In this document: piece by piece, positions 11,916 through 22,506 of the stretch
Numbering within the stretch: the first letter of the stretch is position 1
Layout: every line of letters starts with the position of its first letter
Assembly (NCBI RefSeq): GCF_001194135.2
Contig: NC_068989.1
Coordinates: 12,153,919-12,217,918, forward strand
Length of the DNA stretch: 64,000 bases
Origin: Octopus bimaculoides
Taxonomy: Eukaryota
Reading direction: 5' to 3'
Program-made: the position numbers and the translations under genes
Notes under the pieces: model-generated
Seen by the model: only the letters and a program-made list of their open reading frames with translations
Told to the model about the DNA's origin: nothing
Database searches by the model: none

Positions 11916-13621
11916 ATACATATGTGATACGAGAAATGGAACGGTACACCATGATTGTGGTACTAGTTACATCTATGAAGCGTCAAGCGTTGGTTTCTTG
12001 TGCATCACTGTTACCTTCGTATTCAGGATTAGGTACGATTTCAAGGTTTCCAATAAGATGTGTCTTTCTTGGCCACAAAACGTCTTCAAAATGTTAGAAC
12101 TCTCGCAGCATGCTTGAAACATCACTGAATAAAGAAAAAGTATATACTCATGTATTAAGTTGTATTTCTCCTCTTGTCTTATCAATAGATAAATATTTTT
12201 GAGTGGACAGTTGTAGAAAATAAAGACCTTAAATGATATTTTGTAAAAACCTTTTTATATCACTTTAATTTTATTTTTGATGTATATTTCATATGTCAAT
12301 TAATATAATAATGAAAATATTTATGGTATTATACGGTAATGATGAAACCGTCAATCCTACATTGATAATTACTAATTTATGTACAAACCAGGAAAATAAT
12401 ATGCAACCTTAAAACATCGTAGTTTATGTCAATATCTGTAATTCCCTATGATAGTACGCCAGAGTATAGAGTATTTGTATACAAGCTTTTTCTTTTGTTC
12501 GGATATTGTAAAAGCAAGCGATATCGGGCATTGGAAAAGGCTGGATTGATCGAAGAAGAAGAAAATGTAAGAGTGAAAGTGTGCGATAAAAGAAAGGAAG
12601 GCAGATACTGAATGAAACTTAGGAATGAGAGATAGAGTAAGAAAACAGCATTATACAATATGTTTAAGCTTTTATTTTCATATAGCATTTTATGTTAAGT
12701 AATATACGACAGGCTGCAATGAAAAATCATATTTTCATTTTATAGAAATATATACGTTGTAATATTCTGAAATATTTGTATTTCATATCATGACACCAAT
12801 CGCAGTATGTAGTAATGTAGTATCCTGTTTCATAATATGATATTGCTGCATTTATTCATAATCCGATAGAGTTTCGATTTCCAGTAATCTCTGTATTTTT
12901 ATACTATTTCACAGTTTTTTTTTTTAAATCAACAGTTAGATTATTTCACAGCATGATATAAAGTGTTGTTTACAGTAATATGTACAACATATAATTTGAT
13001 GCAGATTGGAGTTTATATGAAATATTGACAACATTATCCTAATATCATATACATTGCAGGTTACAGGACGTCGACCTCATGCTTTCCAAGTATTTGATTA
13101 TTAACTTTTTTGTCTGCATGAAAAACTTCAGTAACTAAATCAAGGCGATTTGAGAAACGTTGCCGCAGGATATGGTTATTTATTTCTGGCCAAAATAGAT
13201 TAAAAGAAACTTCACTAAAACGATCAGGCTTTTTTCTCCTTTGCGATTACATCGCGATAACGCTCTTCCGTGTAACGAGGTGTTCCCACTGAAACTAAGA
13301 TGGCAATATAATCATGAACCTAACTTTCACTTCGTGTAGCGTTACAAAACACGTTTTCTTTTTAAACTCTGAATCTGATAGAGTTTAAGCTATTTTCTTC
13401 TACCTGCAACTAGTTGTCCACTGTCCATTGATACCACCATGCAGTCGAGGACTGAATTTATCTTCTGCAGTTGTTATTGACATTTTGTGTTGCAGCACTG
13501 TAACCATATTTCATTTAGAATCACTTATTATTCAACCAGTAACTAGTAAATCAACTTGGCAGACTCGTTCATGATAATATGGTGATATGGGTGTAACACG
13601 TTATAAGATGTGGTAACCAAA

Positions 13622-13799
13622 TTTGCACTGATGAGGCTAAGTCGGTTACATCGATCCCAGTACTCAACTGGTACTTATTTTATAGACTCTGAAAAGCAAA
13701 GTCGACCTCGGTAGAATTTACATCAGAACGTAAAAAATGGACGAAATGCTGCTAAGCAGTTTGCTCGGTGTTCTAAAGATTATGCCAGCTCACCGCCTT
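13622..13799 (-). mobile_element. SINE family A
   Basis: Reverse complement ends GCCAGCTCACCGCCTT; contains AAAGTCGACCTCGG and ACTGGTACTTA. Confidence 0.8.
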
Positions 13800-14180
13800 A
13801 ATTGTTGTATCTCATAATATTAAAAGTAAGACAGATTACTTGTATAAATAGGGAAGCCTCAGCCAAATAGTACGGAACATCACTGCTCCTTCATCTACTA
13901 TTGATAAATTAAAGCGTATCCCATCGCCAAAACGATCTCTTGTAAACTGTTGAGTCTTGTCTATATTCCTTTCGTATTTGTTTCATCCTCACTTCCATTA
14001 AACTATTATTAGTTTCTCGACTAATCGCACTAAGATAGGCTTTACGTTTTGGGATGCAGCCGACACTAGCTTGGTGACTATGTCTAGTCTCTTCACTTTT
14101 TATTGAATCAATGAAACTAACTTGCGCAAATTATCTTTCGTTTTCTTCAATTTTGCTTAACAGAAATGCTATGACAAATC

Positions 14181-14408
14181 AAGGCGGCGAACCGTTAGCA
14201 CGCCGAGCGAAATGCTTTACAGTATTTCGTCTGCCGCTACATTCTGATTTCAAATTCCACCGAGGTCGACTTTACCTTTCATCCTTTCGGGGTCGATTAA
14301 ATAAGTACCAGTTACGCACTGGGGTCGATATAATCGACTTAATCCGTTTGTCTGTCCATGTTTGTCGCCTCTGTGTGTAGCCCCTTGAGGGTAGTAAAGA
14401 AATAAGAA
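14181..14408 (+). mobile_element. SINE family A, long-tail variant
   Basis: AAGGCGGCGA..CGTTAGCACGCCG head, GATTTCAAATTCC B-box, AAAGAAATAAGAA tail. Confidence 0.9.
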
Positions 14409-14639
14409 GTATTATGACGAATCTGCCCATATACTTTTAACCAAAAGATAACTCGACTGTGTGTGGAAACTATTCAAAATTGGAATAATGTAGATTCCTG
14501 ACTGGTTTATGTTAAGCTATTTCAATAAACCGCGTTGATGAAGGTTCTGTAATTTATTTTGTATGACAGCAATTTTTAAATACGATGTTTCAGAGCTTTG
14601 TTTCAGAAAACTGACTTATTAAAAATTCTAAACAAAGAA

Positions 14640-15330
14640 TGATATTCAGTATTTGATTCAGAAATTGTTATTTCTCTATTACATTCCATTCTGGCTATAT
14701 CGTGTTTGACTCATATTCACAATATTACGTTATCTCGTGATATTTCTGTCACTTCTGTTTCATTTTATATTCTCTCAGCGGCTCTTATCCCATCTTTTGT
14801 TCCCCGTACAGTTCTTTGTTCTTTAGTTTCATTTACTAATCTCGTAGCAGCTCTTTGTCTTAGATCATCAATACATTAGTTACTTTACTCTTGACTCATA
14901 GCAAATACGACTCGTATTATTGGCCTTCTTTGCCAAATCTCTTCTATTTTTCTTTCTCTTTGTTCTTTAGTTTTCCTTCGCACACTAGCTGTTTACTGCT
15001 GTGTTTTGCTAGTGCTCCGATTATTTCTTTCAATTTCTATTTCTTATTTCCTTTATCATTATTAATAAGTTGTATATATTCAGTAACGTTTATTCCAATT
15101 TCATTTTATTTCACTCTCTCACAAGAGTTATTGAAACACACAGATTACACTTTCTTATTTGCTTAAGCCATAAACAAACTCTTTGGTTCTAGTGTTTCAA
15201 GTCCACGCGTAACAAGCACAGCCACTTTCTATTTATTACTTATCCAAATACTCAAATCGCGATTTCAACTATCTTCCACTCAATGCTGTTTCTTTCTTTC
15301 TACGTTCACTCAGATACATACATAACCACA
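14640..15330 (-). pseudogene. Possible highly decayed non-LTR retrotransposon coding relic
   Basis: Purine-rich minus strand with fragments such as KLKEIIGALAK...KRFGKEGQ, loosely like the pre-RT region of RLE LINEs. No catalytic motif seen. Confidence 0.25.
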
Positions 15331-15436
15331 AGCCTTCAACATATTTTTTCCTTTTAGCTTTCATTCTCTCTGCTATTAAACGCAATCTTACTCCAGAAAG
15401 GTTGTATAAACTGTTATTGCAGTCCTACAAAAGAAC

Positions 15437-15664
15437 TAACGTAATCCCTCACCATATTGTGGTTCACCTATCGCGGGTTATTTTTTAAAAGCTTACGTCG
15501 ATTCCTCCGTGGTGTTGCTTTGCATTTATAATAAAATAAATATGTACAAATTATAAAAATATAAACAAAAATATACAGTACAGTACTTTCTCTACTTCGC
15601 GGATTTTCACCTATCACGGCGGTATTTGAGATGTAACACCCGCGATAATCGAGGGATTACTGTA
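15437..15664. mobile_element. Tigger/pogo-type MITE
   Basis: TIRs (C)GTAATCCCTC and GAGGGATTACTG|TA. Interior shared with 51924-52155. Confidence 0.75.
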
Positions 15665-15837
15665 TTTCTCAATCTTACGTTTCTTTATTATTCCGTTTCA
15701 CTAATTTGTGTCTTTGTAATTGCTCTAATTGTATCATCAGGCAAAAATAAAAGCTGATTCCTAGCTATACAAGCAACACAAATCCACCAGTATAAAATTT
15801 CTAATTTGTGTCTTTCTAATTGCTATCTCTCTCTCAT

Positions 15838-16075
15838 AGCACGTGGCTTAGTATTGGACTCATGATCGTAAAATTGTGGTTTTAATTCCTGGACCGGGCG
15901 GCGCGTTGTGTTCTGAAGCAAAACACTTTATTTTCACGTTTCTTCAGTCTGCTCAGTTGGCAAAAATGAGTACTCATGCGACTGGCCGGCGTCCTGTCCA
16001 GGTGAGGAATTTATACCCCCAGGAAACCGATCCTTATGAGTCGGCATGATTCGAGAAGGTAACTTTTTCTAACTT
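15838..16075 (+). mobile_element. SINE family C (tRNA head plus CORE-like domain)
   Basis: GTGGCTTAGT.. head; GCGTTGTGTTCTGAAGCAAAACACTTTATTTTCACG...CTCAGTTGGCAAAAATGAGT resembles the CORE domain. Shared with 36232 and 56010. Confidence 0.75.
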
Positions 16076-16253
16076 TTTATTTCTCATAGCTTTTCTGCTT
16101 ATATAGTTTCTTTCTATCACTATATCTTTTTCCTGGTACATATCTCTAAATAATTTCAGTTCTATATTTAAGAGATGAGGAATTATGTACATTAGTTACA
16201 TTATTTACATTATTTATATTTGACGGACATTTGTCGTCATCTTATTTGTTGTT

Positions 16254-16299
16254 AACACAACGTTTCGGCTGATATACCCTCCAGCCTTCATCATGTGTC
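16254..16299 (-). ncRNA. Minimal type-I hammerhead ribozyme-like motif (C3>A variant)
   Basis: Mirror copy of 16352-16397; helix I GACAC/GUGUU. Confidence 0.6.
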
Positions 16300-16351
16300 T
16301 TGGGGAAATTTCGAACCTGAGAATGAGAACGCAGGTTCGAAATTTCCCCAA

Positions 16352-16397
16352 GACACATGATGAAGGCTGGAGGGTATATCAGCCGAAACGTTGCGTT
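16352..16397 (+). ncRNA. Minimal type-I hammerhead ribozyme-like motif (C3>A variant)
   Basis: GACAC-AUGAUGA-A-GGCUG(gagggtatat)CAGCC-GAAACGU-U-GCGUU: helix II GGCUG/CAGCC, palindromic ACGU in place of helix III, helix I GACAC/GCGUU. Confidence 0.6.
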
Positions 16398-16982
16398 AAC
16401 AACAGGATGAGGACAAAGATCCGTCAAATGTAAATAACGTAAATAATGTCTAAATAACTTGTTAAGCACAGCATATATTAATGCTTAAAATATAATTACA
16501 GGACCTCTGTTCCCATACAAATCACATTTTTCAAATGGTTACCAAATATATGACCTTGCAATAAAGAACAGTCATTGGTGTTGCTGTAATGAGGTACGCA
16601 GAGGTACACTGCGTACCTCATTACGTAATGAGGTACACTGGGAAAAGAGGGTGGAAATTCTCTATTACAATTGCAGCTCTTAACATTTTATTGTAATTGT
16701 GACTAGGCACACACACGCAGACAGACACTCAGACACACACAGAGGCTCTCGTATACATATATCGCTTTGATTAATCATTTCTTGCTGAACTGGCCATCTA
16801 CCTGTTCAAGTTTAGTGATTTCGGATAATTTTTGCAGCGTATTAGATGGCATGGGCTGTGTGGATCCCTCAATCAGCAAAGCTCTATTTTTGTTCAGGAA
16901 ATTGACTGTGTGCGTTGTCTCCTACAATCATTTTATAACATACAGAAGCCGATTGTGAACATTCAGAGAAAGAAAAAAATAA

Positions 16983-17020
<38 letters not shown>

Positions 17021-17280
17021 GAAAGAGGGAGAGAAAAAGAAAGAAAGAGTGAGAGAAGAAGATTGATAGAAATATAAACGGAGAGAGAGGGAGAAAGAAA
17101 GATGAAGAGAGAGAGAGAGAGATTAACTTCGATATTTGCTTGGGATTTAATTTAAGGAACTTAAAAAAAGAAAATGACCTAGACAAAGACAGAACGAGTA
17201 AGGAAAGAGACGGAACCGTTACTGAAAGCCGAAGACATTGTAATGAGTAAGTCACCTGATCACCTGTATATGCACACACA

Positions 17281-17308
<28 letters not shown>

Positions 17309-17311
<3 letters not shown>

Positions 17312-17660
17312 TTAAAATTATAATACAGGGTATCAAGAGATACCACCACGCTGAAAAAATAGCAGTCAAATCCTGACTCCAAAACCACAATAAATGTCTG
17401 CAAGGCACGATTAGCGAAGACGAAGACCAAATAAACCAGTAAAAATAATAAGATAATTTCAAATCCTGGATTTCTGGCTTTGCATAAATGCTCTGCCTTC
17501 ATCAGTGAAATATACTCAAGTACATAAATACAAATACATGCATATAAACAGTATACTTACATATTGTGCTTACATTTATTGTGGTTTTGGAGTCAGGATT
17601 TGACTGCTATTTTTTCAGCGTGGTGGTATCTCTTGATACCCTGTATTATAATTTTAAATA
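17309..17660 (-). mobile_element. Fold-back element with perfect 89-bp inverted repeats and an internal hammerhead-like motif
   Basis: 17309-17397 is the exact reverse complement of 17572-17660; 174-bp spacer. Confidence 0.75.
17455..17511 (-). ncRNA. Hammerhead ribozyme-like motif, second sequence family
   Basis: AUUUCA-CUGAUGA-A-GGC(aga gcau uu augc aaa)GCC-A-GAAA-UCC a GGA-U-U-UGAAAU. Intact core, 6-bp helix I, near-palindromic helix III AUCCaGGAU, AUU cleavage triplet; one extra A before GAAA. Confidence 0.6.
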
Positions 17661-18564
17661 ATTATTACCTTGATGGTTTTTATTCCCATGCTGACCACTT
17701 GATAAGATCAATATTTTAAATACCGATCTTATCCTTATTTATACATACATACATAGATACATACATACATATATACATACATACATGCACACACGTATGT
17801 AAATCTATCTACTTATATATACTCACACGTACATACACAGACAGACAGACACAGACTCACACAAACACACACATACATTTACCGAAGATATATCACTCAC
17901 AATGGCATCTAGAGTGAGGTGTGCTGACCGTACAGAACAACCGGGTTATATACGTGTGTTTCGCTTTAGTCGAAGTTACTTAACGTTTGAAATATAAACG
18001 ACCAGTTTTTCAACCGCACACGGCTATCAAAACCGACGCTATAATGCATATTCACACACAGAAACACATGGTAAGATGTGTAAGGTAAAAAAAAATACAG
18101 AAGAATCGCAGAAATTTTAAAATCCAATTGCCTGGTTTTCGCCCACAGCATCGAAAACAGTAACGGAAGAAATGCCTGCAATCTTATATTGTGGTAAAAT
18201 TCGGAATATTAATTAATACAATAGATATTTCGAACAGGAAATTTGAATTAATTTTCAAAATTCATATTTTTAATTAAAACAAAACATGCTAACGAGCCAC
18301 ATTAATCAGCGAGATGTACAACGCCGCCACACCATAATTTTATCAGTTCATAAAGCGGATGAATCTGAATTGACGGAGCCTTCCCTCTTAACTTTGCCAT
18401 CCTAAGATTGCCCCGCGGCCCAGGAGTTCTAAATAATGAGATGACGAACTGGGAATAAACTTGAGGTGATATTTATAATGCATTTACATAAATAGAGGTA
18501 TACATGTATTTATATGTACATATATGTATAAATATATACACACACATATATATGTATGTGTGTG

Positions 18565-18606
<42 letters not shown>

Positions 18607-19862
18607 TATCTGTATCTGTGTATCTCTCTCTGTCTCTTTTTCTATATATATATATATGAATGTGTATCTGTATCTATATGTGTGTGTATTTGGAGGTGTG
18701 TGTGTGTGTGTTAATGTATCAACAATACCATCTGAATAGCTACAAGGGCTAATTGGAGAGTAATATGTTTTTATTCAAAGAAAATTTCAATACTGATGCT
18801 AGGAAAGATTCTAGCCTCAAAGAATTTTGTTACTTGTAATTTCAAGAGAGTAAAACACTGAAATTTTCAGTCAACTTACAGTAGATTCATAAGGTTAGAT
18901 CGAGTGAGTGTCACTCTTATCTTTGCAATAACTGGTGATGAAGTAAGCCAGGTATCAGTGCTAGGATGCTTCCTCAGTTAAACAAGCCAACTTCAACGGT
19001 GGCCAGGAACATTTTCGCTCATTCCGTTTGGAATTTATATTGAGTAAAATGTAATTTCGGTTAATCATCGCGTAATTTTAGCTAGCTTTTGACTATAAAT
19101 ACAGCGACATTGTTAACCCATTACCTCCCATAATTCTATTAAGTGGAATTTGTTTTTATGAAACTTTGATTTCTAGCATAAAACAACCTTAGAAACACGC
19201 TGGAATGATCAAAATAACATTTCAAAATAGCATTTTAAATAGAAATAAGCGAGATATTGGGTGAAAAATTAGTAAACCTCATTTGAATATCAGAGAAATA
19301 TACCTAGTAGATATAGCAAAAAGGTTAGACATGTGTAAATATTGACAGATAATTACGAAATTTGTAATTTTTAAGTGATCTTATATGAGATCACTGGTAG
19401 GTAATGGGTTAAGATTGTAAATGAGATAAGTTTTTTTGGACACTTCGGATGAATTTTGCAATAAATCTGTATTGACTAATGTTTTACAAGAAAACCAAGT
19501 TAAATTTTATGTTAGCTGCCATGTACAATGTAGGCAACTGCATATTTATCAAACTAGGATATATCGTATTTGCTGCGCTGATAGTAAGACATCGAAAGAT
19601 AATTAATACAAGTGAGTCATTGCTAGATGTTAATAATGTTATACGACATATAATTATATATGTTTATAACGTAAACTGTTCGACTAAGGCAAAATCTCAA
19701 CTCGCAAATACAGATGTAGAATCAATAATTCTATACTTGTAGAACATGTATCTTAAATCTATGAAGATGCATTCAATTTCTACTTCATTGCATGTAAGAA
19801 TTATGGCTTCAAATAGAATGGAATCGAACCGCATTCGCTATATAAGACTGGTGTTAACAAAT

Positions 19863-20047
19863 ATTCTTTTCTACTCTAGGAACGGGGCCCGAAATTTTGG
19901 GGAGGGGGTCAGTCGATTAGTTCGACTCCAGTACGCAACTGGTACTTAGTTAATCGACCCCGAAAGGATGAAGGGCAAGGTCGACCTCGGCTGAATTTGA
20001 ACTCAGAACGTAAAGACAGACATAATACCACAAAGCATTTCCCCCGG
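19863..20047 (-). mobile_element. SINE family A, short-tail variant, 5'-truncated
   Basis: GAAATTTTGGGGAGGGGG tail; AGGTCGACCTCGGCTGAATTTGAACTCAGAACG. Confidence 0.85.
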
Positions 20048-20219
20048 AAAGGGCCCTATTATCGATTTTTTCAGCAATCTGAGTATGCCATGAAGTTTCC
20101 AGACATGAGTTCTATTTACGTGTCAAGTTTCATCAAAATCTATAAGATGATGTAGGTGGCGTTAGCTAACAACTCCACAAACACACTCACAGACAGAATT
20201 TCCCACATATGTAGTAGAT
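20048..20219 (+). mobile_element. Possible non-autonomous Helitron/Helentron-like 3' fragment
   Basis: AAGTTTCATCAAAATC ... ACAAACACACTCACAGACAG ... TAGTAGAT ending resembles such elements in other invertebrates. Motif resemblance only. Confidence 0.3.
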
Positions 20220-20380
20220 GTGTATATAAATATATCTATATATGTAGAAGAGTGTTTCATTTGAATCGCAACCCAGCACACTGAAGTTTGGTACCTTTTA
20301 TAAGCGTATTATGGAGAACAGCCTAGAAAACTCTGGAGACCCTACCCCGTAAAGACTAACCACTGATTGACTGATGTCTC

Positions 20381-20545
20381 GGCCATACATGTTAACGAGT
20401 GGGGGTTTGAAATCTGTAATTGTGAAAAGTCGGGTTCGAGTCTGCTACACAGTTCGACAACGGCCTTACATGTGAACTAGCGGGGCTTGAAGTCTGTAAT
20501 TGTGAAAAGTCGAGTTCGAGTCTACTGCACACACAATTCGACAAC
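20381..20545. repeat. Diverged ~81-bp tandem duplication
   Basis: Units 20381-20461 and 20462-20545 share TCTGTAATTGTGAAAAGTCG.GTTCGAGTCT and TTCGACAAC. Confidence 0.85.
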
Positions 20546-21752
20546 AGAGCCAATGAATGGTTTCTGGATAATCAAAACAGAAGTGTATTTTTTGCGTGTC
20601 ACTTCAAATGCGTAGAAAATACGGTTGAACAACTTGCGTAAAATTCCAGTCATGACTTCAAGAGTGAAACTGCAAAACATAAGGATCTATACGTATTATT
20701 ACAGTTTCATGTCATGGTCACTCCATAATTCGTGTGGGAATTGATCTGTTAATAACTCACCTTAAAATAGATTTTGAAATTACTTGGTACTCAATAAATT
20801 ACTTTTTTAATTTATCAAAATTTTCGAGCATCTAATATTTTTATCTTCAATTTCAAAGTATCTTTATACTTTTGAATGCGTGTGTACGTGTTATTAGCTT
20901 CTCTGTATGTATTAACTATTTTCTATTTTCATTTTACTTAAATGTTTATTCTATGTAACACAGACGGTCAATAGATAATATATTTTTCATAGATTCATTT
21001 TACCAATTCTTTATTTTGTTCATTAGAATTCTGCGGTGTTCGACTTTACATCATTTAGAAATGGTATTGCTCCATGTATTTAAATAAAATATTAGCGCCG
21101 TTATGACGTAATTTGTATCTGAAGTTTGCGTCGCCTCTTGCATTCGTTGCGATTGTACTTATTCAGCCCCAGATCACCACTAACCAAGTTTGCATCAAAT
21201 AAAATGGAGTCCAGCCGTGAATATCAGATATTTTATTCAAACAGTATGTCTAGGACTAGATTATCCAACGAAGCCTTCCTATCTACGTATATGATATATT
21301 TAACAGACCAGGCGACAATTTACTAATTCTATCCTTTTGGTCTGTTATTTCTTGGCATTTATCTCTGAGCCATAATCATTGCATCACTGTATGCAATCGG
21401 ATATATTTCTACGTTTCCAATTTACTTTTTATTCTGACAAACGTTCTATATCTGGTTTTCTTACGGTGCCGTTTCAGCACATTCTTTTGGTTAATGTAAC
21501 TCTTAATGCTATTGATATGATTTGCTTCTAGTTCCGATCACACGAATATATCTAAAGCTTTCCAAGCCATGCTCACCTCGTCTTATTTTTTGTATCCTGA
21601 GTCTAATGCTACCTTGTCTAATGTAGTTTTAGACTTAAAATATAAACATAGACAGGATTTTCTTTTGCTATTTCCAGCAAGACGAATGCCCACTCATTTT
21701 GTTTCATACATAGAGGCTGTTCTATTCATATAAGTTTTAATGATATACGTGT

Positions 21753-21890
21753 ATGTATGTAAAAAGACATTTTAAGATCCACAAAGATCAGAACTTATCT
21801 GTAGTTCTTGGTGGTCCAAATTGGATGTGCAGTCTGTGTGGGTGTCTTTTCAGAATAGTACCTGGTTTAAAAAGCCACATCAGGTGCCAT
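21753..21890 (+). pseudogene. Isolated C2H2 zinc-finger coding fragment, probably the C-terminus of an RTE-type LINE ORF
   Basis: CSLC-GCLFRIVPGLKS-HIRCH (CX2CX12HX3H) preceded by KRHFKIH, with no TGEKP linker. Cut at the 3' side by SINE B. Confidence 0.5.
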
Positions 21891-21898
21891 GATGGTAC

Positions 21899-22026
21899 AA
21901 ACCACATGGTTCCGGGTTCAGTCCCACTGCGGGGCACTTTGGGTAAGTGTCTTCTACTATAGCCTCGGGCCGACCAAAGCCGTGTGGATGGATTTGGTAG
22001 ACGGAAACTGAAAGTAGACCGTCGTA

Positions 22027-22079
<53 letters not shown>

Positions 22080-22250
22080 NNNNNNNNNNNNNNNNNNNNN
22101 NNNNNNNNNNNNNNNNNNNNNNNNNNNNNNNNNNNNNNNNNNNNNNNNNNNNNNNNNNNNNNNNNNNNNNNNNNNNNNNNNNNNNNNNNNNNNNNNNNNN
22201 NNNNNNNNNNNNNNNNNNNNNNNNNNNNNNNNNNNNNNNNNNNNNNNNNN

Positions 22251-22288
<38 letters not shown>

Positions 22289-22506
22289 TTGTGTGTCTGT
22301 GTTTGTCCTCCCAACATCGCTTGACAACCAATGCTGGTGTGTTTACGTCCTCGTAACTTAGCGGTTCGGCAAAATAGACCGATAGAATAAGTACTAGGCT
22401 TACAAAGAATAAGTCCTGGGGTCGATTTGCTCGACTAAAGGCGGTGCTCCAGCATGGCCGCAGTCAAATGACTGAAACAAGTAAAAGAGTAAAAGAGCAA
22501 AAGAGT
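21899..22506 (+). mobile_element. SINE family B, 5'-truncated, internal (TA)/(TG) with gap
   Basis: Near-identical to 27821-28233; ends AGTAAAAGAGTAAAAGAG. Confidence 0.9.

Larger units (their letters stand above)
16157..16460. mobile_element. Palindromic Penelope-terminus-like element (family D) with two opposed hammerhead-like motifs
   Basis: About 125-bp inverted arms around a 12-nt loop (16320-16331); the inner ~62 bp are perfectly complementary. Second family copy at 63635. Confidence 0.75.
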
